Assembly (NCBI GenBank): GCA_043228905.1
Contig: JBHGNT010000012.1
Location: 2,294,001 to 2,358,000 of the forward strand
DNA: 64,000 bases
Direction: 5' to 3'
DNA from: Azolla caroliniana
Taxonomy: Eukaryota; Plantae; Polypodiophyta
Part shown: positions 63,216 through 64,000 of the stretch, piece by piece
Layout: each line of letters begins with the position of its first letter
Numbering within the stretch: the stretch's first letter is position 1
Notes under the pieces: generated by a model
Seen by the model: the letters and a program-made list of their open reading frames with translations, nothing else
The model's database searches: none
Told to the model about the DNA's origin: nothing
Made by a program: the position numbers and the translations under genes

Positions 63216-64000
63216 CACACATATCTCTACTCTATTCCGCTGCACAAGAATCACCATCAATTCTTTACATGGTATCAAAGCGGTTTGGTAGCTTGATCTC
63301 GCCCATCTGTGTGTTGAGCTCTACACCGACGTTCAAGTAGAACCGGCTCATCGATATGGTAGTGCGACTACATAGCTCGTATTCAAGAGAGAAGAAGAAG
63401 GAAGAAATCTACATCGAACACCATGAATACTCAAATGGGGAGCACTCTCCCTAGCGAGAAGTTACCAGACCGAAACAACTTCGCATCTTGGGAGTCCAAG
63501 ATGCATCAATATCTTGTCGGTCAAGGCTATTAGAGCTATATCAAAGGATCACAAGAAAACCGGCCCGACCCGAAAGATGCCGACTATGCAACATGGGAGC
63601 AAGCGGCGAGTCGAGTAATGTATTTCTTGGCAACAAGTGTTCATGACCACATGCTCAATTACATTTGAGAAGCCGAGAAGCCGAAGGAATCGTGGGAAAA
63701 TATACGAAAGATTTTCGCCGTCAACATGACTGCAAGGAAGCTTCAACTCCGCCAAGAGTTGAACAACATCCAACAAAGGGATATGTCCATCACAAGCTAC
63801 ACCTTGAAGATCAAGGAGCTTTGTGATGCACTCGGCTCAATAGGCGTCCATGTGGAGGATGACGAAATGGTGCAAATAAGCCTCGGCGGCCTTGCACCAC
63901 GATTCGGCGCGATGCGAACCGCCGTACTAGCACGGGAGAATCCACCCTCCTTCTTCGATCTTAAATCTATGTTATTGGTCGAAGAGAATCATGCTCGAAC
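62850..64000 (+). mobile_element. Ty1/copia element 'E' (5' LTR plus decayed gag) inserted in the integrase of D; runs off the window
   Basis: LTR 62850-63269 (TGTTGAG...TTTACA). PBS TGGTATCAAAGC at 63270-63281. gag from ~63423, similar to C's gag (NFASWESKMHQYLVGQG...WEQAASRV...FFDLKSMLLVEENH). Confidence 0.9.

Overview
Eukaryotic, intron-rich land-plant nuclear DNA. A non-angiosperm origin such as a fern or lycophyte is my inference from the CysRS type. I can support five host genes. (1) The 3' 20 exons of a eukaryote-type cytosolic cysteinyl-tRNA synthetase (+, 1-6199). (2) A convergent SOL1-like M14 carboxypeptidase (-, 7351-25350), whose 11.2-kb intron holds a complete Ty1/copia element with a second complete copia nested in its gag. 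(3) A single-exon PLS-E PPR gene (+, 27874-30168). (4) An 8-exon tandem-Dabb gene ending in a PTS1-like ARL, which the ORF track misses (+, 34102-36596). (5) An OCTOPUS-like DUF740 gene (-, 39796-41664), preceded by telomere-like and compound GA/GT repeats. The last 9.3 kb is a four-level stack of decayed LTR retrotransposons (copia > tRNA-Trp-primed gypsy-like > copia > copia) that runs off the window. The most notable observations are the hidden Dabb gene, the CysRS type, apparent gene conversion between the LTRs of the intronic copia, a terminal hairpin shared by three otherwise dissimilar LTRs, and an isolated hairpin with 33-bp arms. I found no convincing wholly new multi-gene system. All alignments and counts were done by eye.
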